DNA from: an uncultured Weeksellaceae bacterium
GTDB taxonomy: Bacteria; Bacteroidota; Bacteroidia; Flavobacteriales; BACL11
DNA length: 39,408 bases
Reading direction: 5' to 3'
Assembly (NCBI GenBank): GCA_964478325.1
Contig: CAYZIA010000003.1
Coordinates: forward strand, 1-39,408
Below are positions 1-8,193 of the stretch, in pieces (the stretch's first letter is position 1; each line of letters opens with the position of its first letter). The notes under the pieces are model-generated. The model was not told the DNA's origin and did no database searches. It saw nothing but the letters and a program-made list of their open reading frames with translations. The translations under genes were made by a program, and so were the position numbers.

Positions 1-1405
1 CTTCAAGGTGTTCAAGATGAGTTAGTTTGGCTTCTGTTAAATATGTCTTAAATGCTGTTTCAATATTCTCTGAAGAAAAATCAGAAATTTCCTCTATCCT
101 TTTTTTTAATTCGGATATATATCTTGTAGTATCCTCTTTCCATTTCTTGTGGATAGTTTTCTCATCATAAGATGTGGGGGCAGAAAAATAATACTTTCCT
201 TCCTCCCACATGTCTTTTACACAAGTTGCTCTTTCTTTCAATTGTTCGCAAACATTAGCAACAAGAGTGTCTTCTGCCTCTACACCATTTTTTTTTAAAA
301 TTATTTGTAACTCCTTCGCTAATTGCTCTTTTGATTTTGCTCTTAAATATTGCTGATTGAACCATCTTGTTTTCCCAAAATCAAATTTAGCTCCAGCTTT
401 CCCTACTCTCTCTAAAGAGAAGTTTTCTATTAACTCTTCCATAGAAAAAATTTCTTGTGTAGTCCCTGGATTCCATCCTAAAAAGGCTAACATATTAATA
501 AACGCTTCTGAGATATAACCACTTTCTCTATATCCAGAACTTACTTCTTTTGTTTCTGGATTTGTCCATTCAGTTGGGAATACAGGGAAGCCTAATCTGT
601 CTCCATCTCTTTTGCTAAGTTTTCCGTTACCATCTGGTTTTAGAATTAAAGGAAGGTGAGCAAATTGTGGCCTTACATCTTCCCATCCTAAATATCTATA
701 CAACAAAACATGTAAAGGTGCTGATGGGAGCCACTCCTCTCCTCTTATCACATGAGAAATTTTCATAATATAATCATCTACCACATTTGCTAAATGATAT
801 GTAGGCATGCCATCAGATTTTAGGATAACTTTATCGTCCATATTATTGGTGTTTACGACTACCCAACCTCTAATAATGTCATTTAGTTTTAGCTCTTCAT
901 TCCTAGGTATTTTTATTCTTATAACATACGGATTTCCCTCCTTAATTTTTTTATTTACCTCATCTTCTGAGAGAGATAAAGAGTTTTGCATAGTGGTACG
1001 AGTAACGGCATTATATTGTGGAGAAGGAACTCCGGCCATTTTCATTCTTTCTCTCATTGCTGTTAATTCTTCTGAAGTATCAAAAGCATAATATGCAAAA
1101 CCATCTTTTACTAATTGTTCAGCATATGGCAAATACATTGCTTTTCTTTCTGATTGTCTGTAAGGGCCAAAATCCCCACCATCAACTACTGATTCGTCTA
1201 ACTCAATCCCACACCATTTAAGCGCATCAATTAAATATTCTTCTGCTCCTTCTATAAATCTGGTCTGATCGGTGTCTTCAATACGTAAAATCATTTTCCC
1301 GCCTTTATTTCTGGCAAAAAGATAATTGTAAAGTGCTGTTCTAACACCTCCAATATGTAAAGGCCCTGTCGGGCTAGGAGCAAATCTTACTCTTACCTGT
1401 GACAT
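1..1405 (-). CDS. gltX: Glutamate--tRNA ligase (3' end runs off the window)
   Basis: Not in the ORF track. Manual translation from ATG at 1405 gives MSQVRVRFAPSPTGPLHIGGVRTALYNYLFA (HIGH-like HIGG), plus RIEDTDQ, HVIRGEEWLPS and GKLSKRD (KMSKS-like). Confidence 0.97.
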   Translation of the reverse strand, partial: MSQVRVRFAPSPTGPLHIGGVRTALYNYLFARNKGGKMILRIEDTDQTRFIEGAEEYLIDALKWCGIELDESVVDGGDFGPYRQSERKAMYLPYAEQLVKDGFAYYAFDTSEELTAMRERMKMAGVPSPQYNAVTRTTMQNSLSLSEDEVNKKIKEGNPYVIRIKIPRNEELKLNDIIRGWVVVNTNNMDDKVILKSDGMPTYHLANVVDDYIMKISHVIRGEEWLPSAPLHVLLYRYLGWEDVRPQFAHLPLILKPDGNGKLSKRDGDRLGFPVFPTEWTNPETKEVSSGYRESGYISEAFINMLAFLGWNPGTTQEIFSMEELIENFSLERVGKAGAKFDFGKTRWFNQQYLRAKSKEQLAKELQIILKKNGVEAEDTLVANVCEQLKERATCVKDMWEEGKYYFSAPTSYDEKTIHKKWKEDTTRYISELKKRIEEISDFSSENIETAFKTYLTEAKLTHLEHLE

Positions 1406-1426
1406 TTTTTCAAAATAATTAAGCGG

Positions 1427-1434
1427 TAAAGATA
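1427..1434 (-). promoter_or_regulatory. Candidate -7 promoter element for gltX (TATCTTTA)
   Basis: One mismatch to the Bacteroidota TAnnTTTG consensus, about 20 nt upstream of the gltX ATG. Confidence 0.45.
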
Positions 1435-1477
1435 ATACATACAAAACTAATCGGTTATCTTTATCAGATATTAATTG

Positions 1478-1485
1478 TACTTTTG
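1478..1485 (+). promoter_or_regulatory. -7 promoter element (TACTTTTG) for the DUF4175-ybeY unit
   Basis: Exact TAnnTTTG followed by C, 6 nt before the ATG at 1492. Confidence 0.65.
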
Positions 1486-1491
1486 CAACCC

Positions 1492-4400
1492 ATGAAAAAA
1501 ACTACACAACATTTATTTGATAAACTAAATGAGTTTATTAGTAAATTCTACAAGAATCAGTTGATCCGTGGAGGCATTTATTCCGTATCTGTTTTAATCA
1601 TTTTCTTTGTTGTTTTTTCGGTTTTAGAATATTATTCTCAGTTTGATATAATTGTTCGTTCCATCTTATTTTGGAGTTATTTGCTTACAAATACCTTTAT
1701 CCTTTATAGATATGTACTTATCCCCTTACTAAATTTGAATAGATATGGTAAAGTCATGAGTATGGAAAAAGCGGCTCAAATTATTGGGAAACATTTTTAT
1801 GAAATCGACGACAAGCTGCTGAATATTTTAGAATTGAATAAAATGAGTGCCCAAAATAATGCTTTAATTGAAGCTAGCATTGATCAGAAAATTTCAGAAA
1901 TTTCTTCTTTTTCTTTTTCTACAGTAATTAATTTTTCAGAAAATAAAAAATATAGTAAATTAATAGTCCTCCCGCTCTTAATTGTTTTGTTTTTTTTTAT
2001 TTCTGGGAATAAACATATTTTGACTGAAAGCTCTGCTCGCATAATAAGACACAATACTTTCTTTGCACCACAAGCTCCTTTTAATTTTATAGTAGATGAA
2101 GAAAGTTTAAAAGTGATAAGGCAAGAAGATTTTCAACTGAAATTGCGTACTGCAGGAAATAGCATCCCATCAATAGTAAATATTGAAATAGATGATAATA
2201 TATTTAATTTATCAAAAAACAACGCTTCTGAATATCACTTTTTGTTTAAGAATGTCATTTCTGAAAAAACTTTTCGTTTTTCTGCAAACGGATTTTATTC
2301 TAAAAAGTATACTCTTAAAGTTTTGCCAAAGCCTTCGATTATAAATTTTGAGCTTTTGCTTTCTCCACCACAATATACTGGATTAAAAATAAAGAGTTTA
2401 ACTAATATTGGAGATTTGAATATTCCAGAAGGGAGTAGGATCAATTGGACTTTTGATGTAACAGATACGGATAGATTATTTTTAGAGATAGGAGATAAAA
2501 AATATTTAGCAAAGCCAACTATAAATGATAAGCTGGGCTTTAATTATCGATTTAAAAGAGAAGAGTTTTACCAAATTATTACAGAAAATGATTTTCAAAT
2601 TTCTGATAGCATTACTTATCATGTAAATATTATTCCTGATGCTTATCCAATAATTAATGTAGAACAAGAGATTGATTCTATTTCTGAAAAAATATTTTTT
2701 AGTGGCTTGATAAAAGACGATTATAAAATAACCAAGTTAGAGTTTTGTTACCAGATAAAAAAGAAAGATAGTACAATTATTAAGGATTTAGATCTTACTA
2801 TTGAAAAATCTGCTCAACAACAATTCTTTCATCAAATTGATTTTTCCTTACTTCATTTAGGCTTGGGTGATAAATTCACTTATTATTTTAAGGCTTGGGA
2901 TAATGATGGTGTGAATGGTTCAAAATTTACTAAAAGTCAGATTTTTAATTTTAACTCGCCAAATGCTGAAGACTTAAATAATCAGTTAGAAAAAGAGGAC
3001 AACAAGATTAAATCTCAACTACAAAAAAGTATTGACTTGGTAAAAGAAATAAAAGAGGATATCAAAGCCATTAATAAAGATTTGTTAGAAAAAAAGAAGT
3101 TGGGCTGGGAAGAGAAAAAAAAGGTAGAGGAGTTGATAAAAAAGCAAAAAGCTTTAGAAAATCAGATGACAAAATTGAAGGGGGAAAACTCTGATAAACA
3201 GAAAAAACAAGAGCAATATAAACAGGTCTCTCCTGAACTTTTAGAAAAACAAAAGCAGCTAGAAAAATTATTTGATGAGGTGTTAGATAAGGAAACTAAA
3301 AAGCTTTTGGAAGAAATGGAAAAAATGATGGAGAAAATGAATAAAGAAGAGTTGAAAGAACTACTTGATAAAATGGGCCAAAATGATGCAGATTTAGAAA
3401 AAGAATTAGATAGAAATTTGGAGCTTTTCAAACAATTGGAGTTTGAACAAAAATTAGAAGAAGCAATAGATAAATTAAATCAGTTGAAAGAAAACCAAAA
3501 AGCTTTAAAAAGAAAGACAGAAGAAAAAAAATCAGATAGCAAAGAACTTGAAAAAAAACAAGAAGAATTAACTCAAAAGTTCGAAGATTTTAAAAAACAA
3601 TTGGAGAAATTAGAAAAGAAAAACCAGCAGTTGGAAGAAAAAAATAAAATGCCAAATACTGAAAAACAAGAAAATGAGATCTCGGAAAAAATGAAAGAAA
3701 GTAAAGATCATTTGCAAAAAAATAAAAAGAAACAATCATCCAAATCACAAAAAGATGCTTTAAATAAAATGAATGAATTACAGCAGAAATTACAAATATT
3801 GCAATCTAGTTCTTGCTCTAATTCTCAAGAAGAGGATATGGAAACGCTAAGGCAAATTTTGGAAAATTTAATTCGCCTTTCATTCGACCAAGAAGAATTG
3901 ATGCAAAAAGTAACTATAACACCCAAAAATAGCCCTTCATATGTGAATTTAGTAAAAGCACAAAAGAAATTGGTGGATGATGCAAAAATAATTGAGGATT
4001 CGCTTTTTGCTCTTAGCAAAAGGGTAGTGCAAATTCAGCATATCGTGAATAAAGAAATTGCAGCTATAAAAAATAATATGGCTTCTGCCACGAATCATCT
4101 GGAAGAACGAATTGTGAATAAAGCATCTGCAGACCAACAATTTTCCATGACTTCTGCGAATAATTTAGCTCTTATTCTTGCTGAAATGTTAAAACAAATG
4201 CAACAACAATGCTCAAGTTCTTCTAGTAAGCCAAGTAATTGTAATAAACCAGGAAGTGGGAAGCCATCACTTTCTAAATTAAAGAAAATGCAGAAAAAAC
4301 TAAATGAGCAAATGAAGGGGCAGATGGGGAAAAAAGGGGAAAAGAAAGGAGATAAGCTTAATAACGGACAATGCAAAGATTTATCAAAATTAGCTCAACA

Positions 4401-4800
4401 GCAAGAAAATATTAGAAGAAGATTACAAGAATTGAGAGATGAAATTGGGAATTCTGGGGAGAAAGGCAAAATTGATAAAATGATTAAAAAAATGGAAGAA
4501 AATGAAGTGGATATTGTGAATAACCAAATCACCCAAGAAACCATAAAAAGACAAGAGGAAATTTTAAGCCGTTTATTGGAAGCTGAAAAAGCTGAAAGGG
4601 AAAGAGAAAAGGACTCAAAAAGAAAATCAACCGAGTGGGAATACGAAATTGTAAATGAAAATAATAGTTATTCTGATTATAAAAAATTGAAAGAAAAACA
4701 ATTAGAATTATTTAGAACCAAACCTGCCCAACTCTCTCCTTTTTATAAAAATAAGGTGACAGAATATTTTAATAAATTAAGTAAAAAAAGCAATGATTAG
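1492..4800 (+). CDS. DUF4175-like large membrane-anchored coiled-coil protein
   Basis: N-terminal TM helices, beta-rich middle (YFKAWDNDGVNGSK) and a long K/E/Q-rich coiled-coil C-terminal half. Its position between gltX and ybeY is typical of Bacteroidota. ATG 1492 is preferred over TTG 1483, which lies inside the promoter element. Confidence 0.75.
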   Translation: MKKTTQHLFDKLNEFISKFYKNQLIRGGIYSVSVLIIFFVVFSVLEYYSQFDIIVRSILFWSYLLTNTFILYRYVLIPLLNLNRYGKVMSMEKAAQIIGKHFYEIDDKLLNILELNKMSAQNNALIEASIDQKISEISSFSFSTVINFSENKKYSKLIVLPLLIVLFFFISGNKHILTESSARIIRHNTFFAPQAPFNFIVDEESLKVIRQEDFQLKLRTAGNSIPSIVNIEIDDNIFNLSKNNASEYHFLFKNVISEKTFRFSANGFYSKKYTLKVLPKPSIINFELLLSPPQYTGLKIKSLTNIGDLNIPEGSRINWTFDVTDTDRLFLEIGDKKYLAKPTINDKLGFNYRFKREEFYQIITENDFQISDSITYHVNIIPDAYPIINVEQEIDSISEKIFFSGLIKDDYKITKLEFCYQIKKKDSTIIKDLDLTIEKSAQQQFFHQIDFSLLHLGLGDKFTYYFKAWDNDGVNGSKFTKSQIFNFNSPNAEDLNNQLEKEDNKIKSQLQKSIDLVKEIKEDIKAINKDLLEKKKLGWEEKKKVEELIKKQKALENQMTKLKGENSDKQKKQEQYKQVSPELLEKQKQLEKLFDEVLDKETKKLLEEMEKMMEKMNKEELKELLDKMGQNDADLEKELDRNLELFKQLEFEQKLEEAIDKLNQLKENQKALKRKTEEKKSDSKELEKKQEELTQKFEDFKKQLEKLEKKNQQLEEKNKMPNTEKQENEISEKMKESKDHLQKNKKKQSSKSQKDALNKMNELQQKLQILQSSSCSNSQEEDMETLRQILENLIRLSFDQEELMQKVTITPKNSPSYVNLVKAQKKLVDDAKIIEDSLFALSKRVVQIQHIVNKEIAAIKNNMASATNHLEERIVNKASADQQFSMTSANNLALILAEMLKQMQQQCSSSSSKPSNCNKPGSGKPSLSKLKKMQKKLNEQMKGQMGKKGEKKGDKLNNGQCKDLSKLAQQQENIRRRLQELRDEIGNSGEKGKIDKMIKKMEENEVDIVNNQITQETIKRQEEILSRLLEAEKAEREREKDSKRKSTEWEYEIVNENNSYSDYKKLKEKQLELFRTKPAQLSPFYKNKVTEYFNKLSKKSND

Positions 4801-5203
4801 CTTTACATCAAATACCCATTTCCAGCTTAGAAACAAGGATGCTTCAACAAGCTGGATTAAAAAAGTAGTGAACAAAGAAGGTAAAAAGATGAAAGATTTA
4901 AGTTTTGTTTTTTGTAATGATATAGATCTCTTGGAAAAGAATAGCAAATACCTAAATCATGATAATTTTACTGATATTCTCACTTTTGATTACTCTGAAA
5001 ATAATAATATTTCTGGTGATATTTACATTAGTATTGATAGAGTGAAGGAAAATGCCAAAACCTATAAGGTTACTTTTCAAAACGAATTAGACAGAGTGAT
5101 GATTCATGGTATTTTGCACCTTTTAGGGTACAAAGATAAAAGTGAAAAAGAGCAGAAGATTATGAAAGAAAAAGAAGATTATTATTTATCTTTGCAAACT
5201 TAA
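4793..5203 (+). CDS. ybeY: rRNA maturation endoribonuclease YbeY
   Basis: TDILTF, GDIYIS and HGILHLLGYKD (metal-binding motif, with K in place of the usual D and D in place of the third His). Confidence 0.93.
   Translation: MISFTSNTHFQLRNKDASTSWIKKVVNKEGKKMKDLSFVFCNDIDLLEKNSKYLNHDNFTDILTFDYSENNNISGDIYISIDRVKENAKTYKVTFQNELDRVMIHGILHLLGYKDKSEKEQKIMKEKEDYYLSLQT
5187..5194 (+). promoter_or_regulatory. -7 promoter element (TATCTTTG) for mnmG, inside the ybeY 3' end
   Basis: Exact TAnnTTTG followed by C, about 55 nt upstream of the mnmG ATG. Confidence 0.55.
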
Positions 5204-5225
5204 TTATCTGATTATCAGTATATTA
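5201..5225. promoter_or_regulatory. Symmetric 25-bp motif TAA-N5-TGATTATCA-N5-TTA, IHF-like site, copy 1
   Basis: TAAttatcTGATTATCAgtataTTA matches WATCAR-N4-TTR on both strands. Confidence 0.5.
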
Positions 5226-5231
5226 AAAAAT

Positions 5232-5247
5232 TGTTTCCCGTGAAACA
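5232..5247. promoter_or_regulatory. parS centromere-like site (ParB binding)
   Basis: TGTTTCCCGTGAAACA is 15/16 identical to the canonical palindrome TGTTTCACGTGAAACA. It is intergenic and directly upstream of mnmG. Confidence 0.8.
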
Positions 5248-5248
5248 T

Positions 5249-7120
5249 ATGCTTTTTGAACAAACATACGATATAATAGTTGTTGGTGGTGGGCACGCTG
5301 GATGTGAAGCAGCTCATGCATCGGCAAAACTAGGTTCCAATGTGCTATTAATTACCCAAAATTTGCAAACCATTGCACAGATGTCTTGTAATCCCGCAAT
5401 GGGTGGTATCGCAAAAGGTCAAATTATAAGAGAGATTGATGCTTTGGGGGGTATGTCTGGAATTATTACTGACAGCGCTAGTATTCAGTTTAGAATGCTA
5501 AATACTTCAAAAGGGCCAGCCATGTGGAGCCCAAGGGCACAATGTGATAGGATGATATTTGCTCAAAATTGGAGAATCGCTTTGGAAAAAAATAAAAATA
5601 TTAGTTTTTGGCAAGATACCGTTTCTGAAATAACACTAAAAAAAGAAAAGATTACAGGAGTAAAAACTAATTTGGGATTCGAAATAAAAGCTAAAGCAGT
5701 GGTTCTCTGTAATGGCACTTTTTTAAGTGGTATGATGCATATAGGACAACAACAATTTGCTGGTGGCAGAATGGGAGAGAGAGCTTCAGAAGGAATAACA
5801 GCTCAACTTATTGATTTAGGATTTTCTCATGGGAGAATGAAAACGGGAACACCTCCAAGATTAGACGGGAGAACTATTGATTATAGCAAAACAGAAGAGC
5901 AGAAGGGAGATAATAATCCTAGTAAATTTTCATTTTCAAATACAAAATTTGTAAAAAACCAACAAAGCTGTTTTATCACCTATACCAACGAGGAGTGTCA
6001 TGCAATTTTAAAAAAGGGGTTTGATCAATCACCAATGTTTAATGGAAGAATACAGGCTTCCGGCCCTAGATATTGCCCTTCTATTGAGGAAAAATTAAAT
6101 CGTTTTGCAGATAAAAAAAGGCATCAACTCTTTATTGAGCCAGAAGGGGAAAAAACGATTGAAATTTATTTAAACGGGTTTTCAACTTCTCTTCCTTATC
6201 AAGTTCAGCTTAAAGCACTGAATAAAATAAGAGGGCTAGAAAAAGTAAAAATGCTAAGAGCAGGATATGCAGTAGAATACGACTATTTTCCGCCAACACA
6301 ATTAAAACAAACACTTGAAACAAAAGTTATTCAGAATTTATTTTTCTGTGGGCAAATAAATGGAACTACTGGTTATGAAGAAGCTGCCGCTCAAGGAATA
6401 ATGGCTGGAATAAATGCTCATCAAAATGTTTCAAGACTTGAAACGTTTACACTTTCTAGATCACAAGCATACATCGGGGTTTTAATAGATGATTTAATTA
6501 CAAAAGGGACTGAAGAGCCTTACAGAATGTTTACCTCAAGAGCAGAATATAGACTTTTATTAAGACAAGACAATGCCGATGATCGGCTCACTGAAATTGG
6601 GTATAAACTTGGTTTAGCAGATAAAAAAAGGGTTGTGCAATTAGAAAAGAAAAGGATGAAAAAAGAAAGTTTATTAAGATTTCTTTCTAAACAGAGTGCA
6701 ATGCCAAATATAATAAACCCAATCTTAAAGAAAAGAGGAAGTGCTGAAATTCAGGAAAAGAGAAAATTAAACGCCATTTTAGCACGGCCGCATATAGAAA
6801 TGAAAGATTTAATAATTTGTAAAGAATTAGATGCATTTATTAAAAAAAATAATATTGGAGAGTTAGAGATCAAACAAGCTGAAATTCATATAAAATATAA
6901 TGGTTATATGAATAAAGAAAAAGAATCGGCTAAAAAAATGTACTCTTTAGAAAACATTAAAATTCCTAAAAATTTTGAATATGATAAATTACATTCTGTT
7001 TCTGCTGAAGCAAGGGAGAAGCTAAAAAATATTTCTCCTAGTTCAATTGGCCAAGCCACAAGAATTAGTGGGGTTTCTCCCTCAGATATTAATGTTTTAT
7101 TGATTTATATGGGAAGATGA
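5249..7120 (+). CDS. mnmG: tRNA uridine-34 5-carboxymethylaminomethyl modification enzyme MnmG (GidA)
   Basis: VVGGGHAGCEAA FAD-binding motif, MSCNPAMGG, KTGTPPR, GPRYCPSIE, GQINGTTGYEEAA and PYRMFTSRAEYRL. True start taken as ATG 5249. Confidence 0.98.
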   Translation: MLFEQTYDIIVVGGGHAGCEAAHASAKLGSNVLLITQNLQTIAQMSCNPAMGGIAKGQIIREIDALGGMSGIITDSASIQFRMLNTSKGPAMWSPRAQCDRMIFAQNWRIALEKNKNISFWQDTVSEITLKKEKITGVKTNLGFEIKAKAVVLCNGTFLSGMMHIGQQQFAGGRMGERASEGITAQLIDLGFSHGRMKTGTPPRLDGRTIDYSKTEEQKGDNNPSKFSFSNTKFVKNQQSCFITYTNEECHAILKKGFDQSPMFNGRIQASGPRYCPSIEEKLNRFADKKRHQLFIEPEGEKTIEIYLNGFSTSLPYQVQLKALNKIRGLEKVKMLRAGYAVEYDYFPPTQLKQTLETKVIQNLFFCGQINGTTGYEEAAAQGIMAGINAHQNVSRLETFTLSRSQAYIGVLIDDLITKGTEEPYRMFTSRAEYRLLLRQDNADDRLTEIGYKLGLADKKRVVQLEKKRMKKESLLRFLSKQSAMPNIINPILKKRGSAEIQEKRKLNAILARPHIEMKDLIICKELDAFIKKNNIGELEIKQAEIHIKYNGYMNKEKESAKKMYSLENIKIPKNFEYDKLHSVSAEAREKLKNISPSSIGQATRISGVSPSDINVLLIYMGR

Positions 7121-8013
7121 AAAAAATAAAAACCTGCCCTATTTGTAATGAAGATAATTTTAATTTTCTTTTTAGCTGTAAAGATTATTCAACATCTAAA
7201 GAGAACTTTACAATTGTAAACTGTAATAGCTGTAATTTTACATTTACTAATCCTAGGCCAGAAAAAGAAAATTTAGAGAAATACTATATTTCTGACAACT
7301 ACATTTCACATACCAATACTAATAAAGGTCTTTTTGAAATCCTATATCAAATAATTAGAAAATATGCCATTGTACAAAAACTACGATTAGTTAAAAAATA
7401 TTCTAAGACAAAAAAGCATTTAGATATTGGTTGTGGAACTGGCGAGTTTTTAAATGCTTGTAAAACTGCAGGATTTAAAACAAAAGGGATCGAGCCATCA
7501 AAAATTGCAAGAATGCAAGCAATTAATAATTACAATTTAGATGTATCAGAAAATACGGATTTAAGTCAATTTGATAAAGATTCTTTTGAAACAATTACAA
7601 TGTGGCATGTATTAGAGCATATCCCAGATTTAAATAAAACAATAGAATATTTTTCAAGAATTTTAGAAAAAAATGGCGCTATAATTATAGCTGTCCCCAA
7701 TCTTAAAAGTTGGGATGCCAGCTACTACAGAGAGCATTGGGCGGCTTGGGATGTCCCTATTCATTTATGGCATTTTTCAAGAAGAAGCATTAGTTCTCTT
7801 TTTAAAAAATGGGGATTTAAATTAGTGAAAACAAAGCCTATGGTTTTTGATTCTTTCTATGTTTCAATTTTAAGTGAAGAATATAAATCTGGGAAGAAGA
7901 AGCTTTTGAAAGGAGTTGCTATTGGATTAATTTCTAATATAATTGCATTTTTTAGTAAAAGAGGATCTTCCAGCACAATTTATGTGTTTAAAAAAGAAAC
8001 TGGCTTAAAATAA
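7117..8013 (+). CDS. Class I SAM-dependent methyltransferase with N-terminal Cys (zinc-ribbon-like) domain
   Basis: CPIC...CNSC, LDIGCGTG (motif I) and ITMWHVLEH. ATGA overlap with mnmG. Confidence 0.9.
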   Translation: MKKIKTCPICNEDNFNFLFSCKDYSTSKENFTIVNCNSCNFTFTNPRPEKENLEKYYISDNYISHTNTNKGLFEILYQIIRKYAIVQKLRLVKKYSKTKKHLDIGCGTGEFLNACKTAGFKTKGIEPSKIARMQAINNYNLDVSENTDLSQFDKDSFETITMWHVLEHIPDLNKTIEYFSRILEKNGAIIIAVPNLKSWDASYYREHWAAWDVPIHLWHFSRRSISSLFKKWGFKLVKTKPMVFDSFYVSILSEEYKSGKKKLLKGVAIGLISNIIAFFSKRGSSSTIYVFKKETGLK

Positions 8014-8090
8014 AGCCGTTTAATGGATTTTTACTGCGCTCTAGTATTTTCTTATTAAAATATTTTTAAAATAGCTTTTAGAAAAAAATC

Positions 8091-8115
8091 TAACACTTTG
8101 ATTATCAACTACTTA
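8091..8115. promoter_or_regulatory. Symmetric 25-bp motif TAA-N5-TGATTATCA-N5-TTA, IHF-like site, copy 2
   Basis: TAAcacttTGATTATCAactacTTA is an exact WATCAA-N4-TTR match on both strands, within a very AT-rich intergenic region. Confidence 0.55.
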
Positions 8116-8169
8116 TAATATTTTCTATATAAAACTACGTAAAAACAATATATTCCTTATAAAATTGTA

Positions 8170-8177
8170 TACATTTG
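8170..8177 (+). promoter_or_regulatory. -7 promoter element (TACATTTG)
   Basis: Exact TAnnTTTG, 16 nt upstream of the ATG at 8194. Confidence 0.6.
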
Positions 8178-8193
8178 AAAAAATCTTATTAAA

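Noticed and set aside
807-1221. Two + strand ORFs (94 and 67 aa)
   Set aside because: Antisense shadows of gltX. The same applies to the other short ORFs antisense to, or nested in, long genes throughout the track.
5231-5248. N-terminal MFPVKH extension of MnmG from a TTG start
   Set aside because: It is simply the translated parS site. ATG 5249 matches the normal MnmG start.
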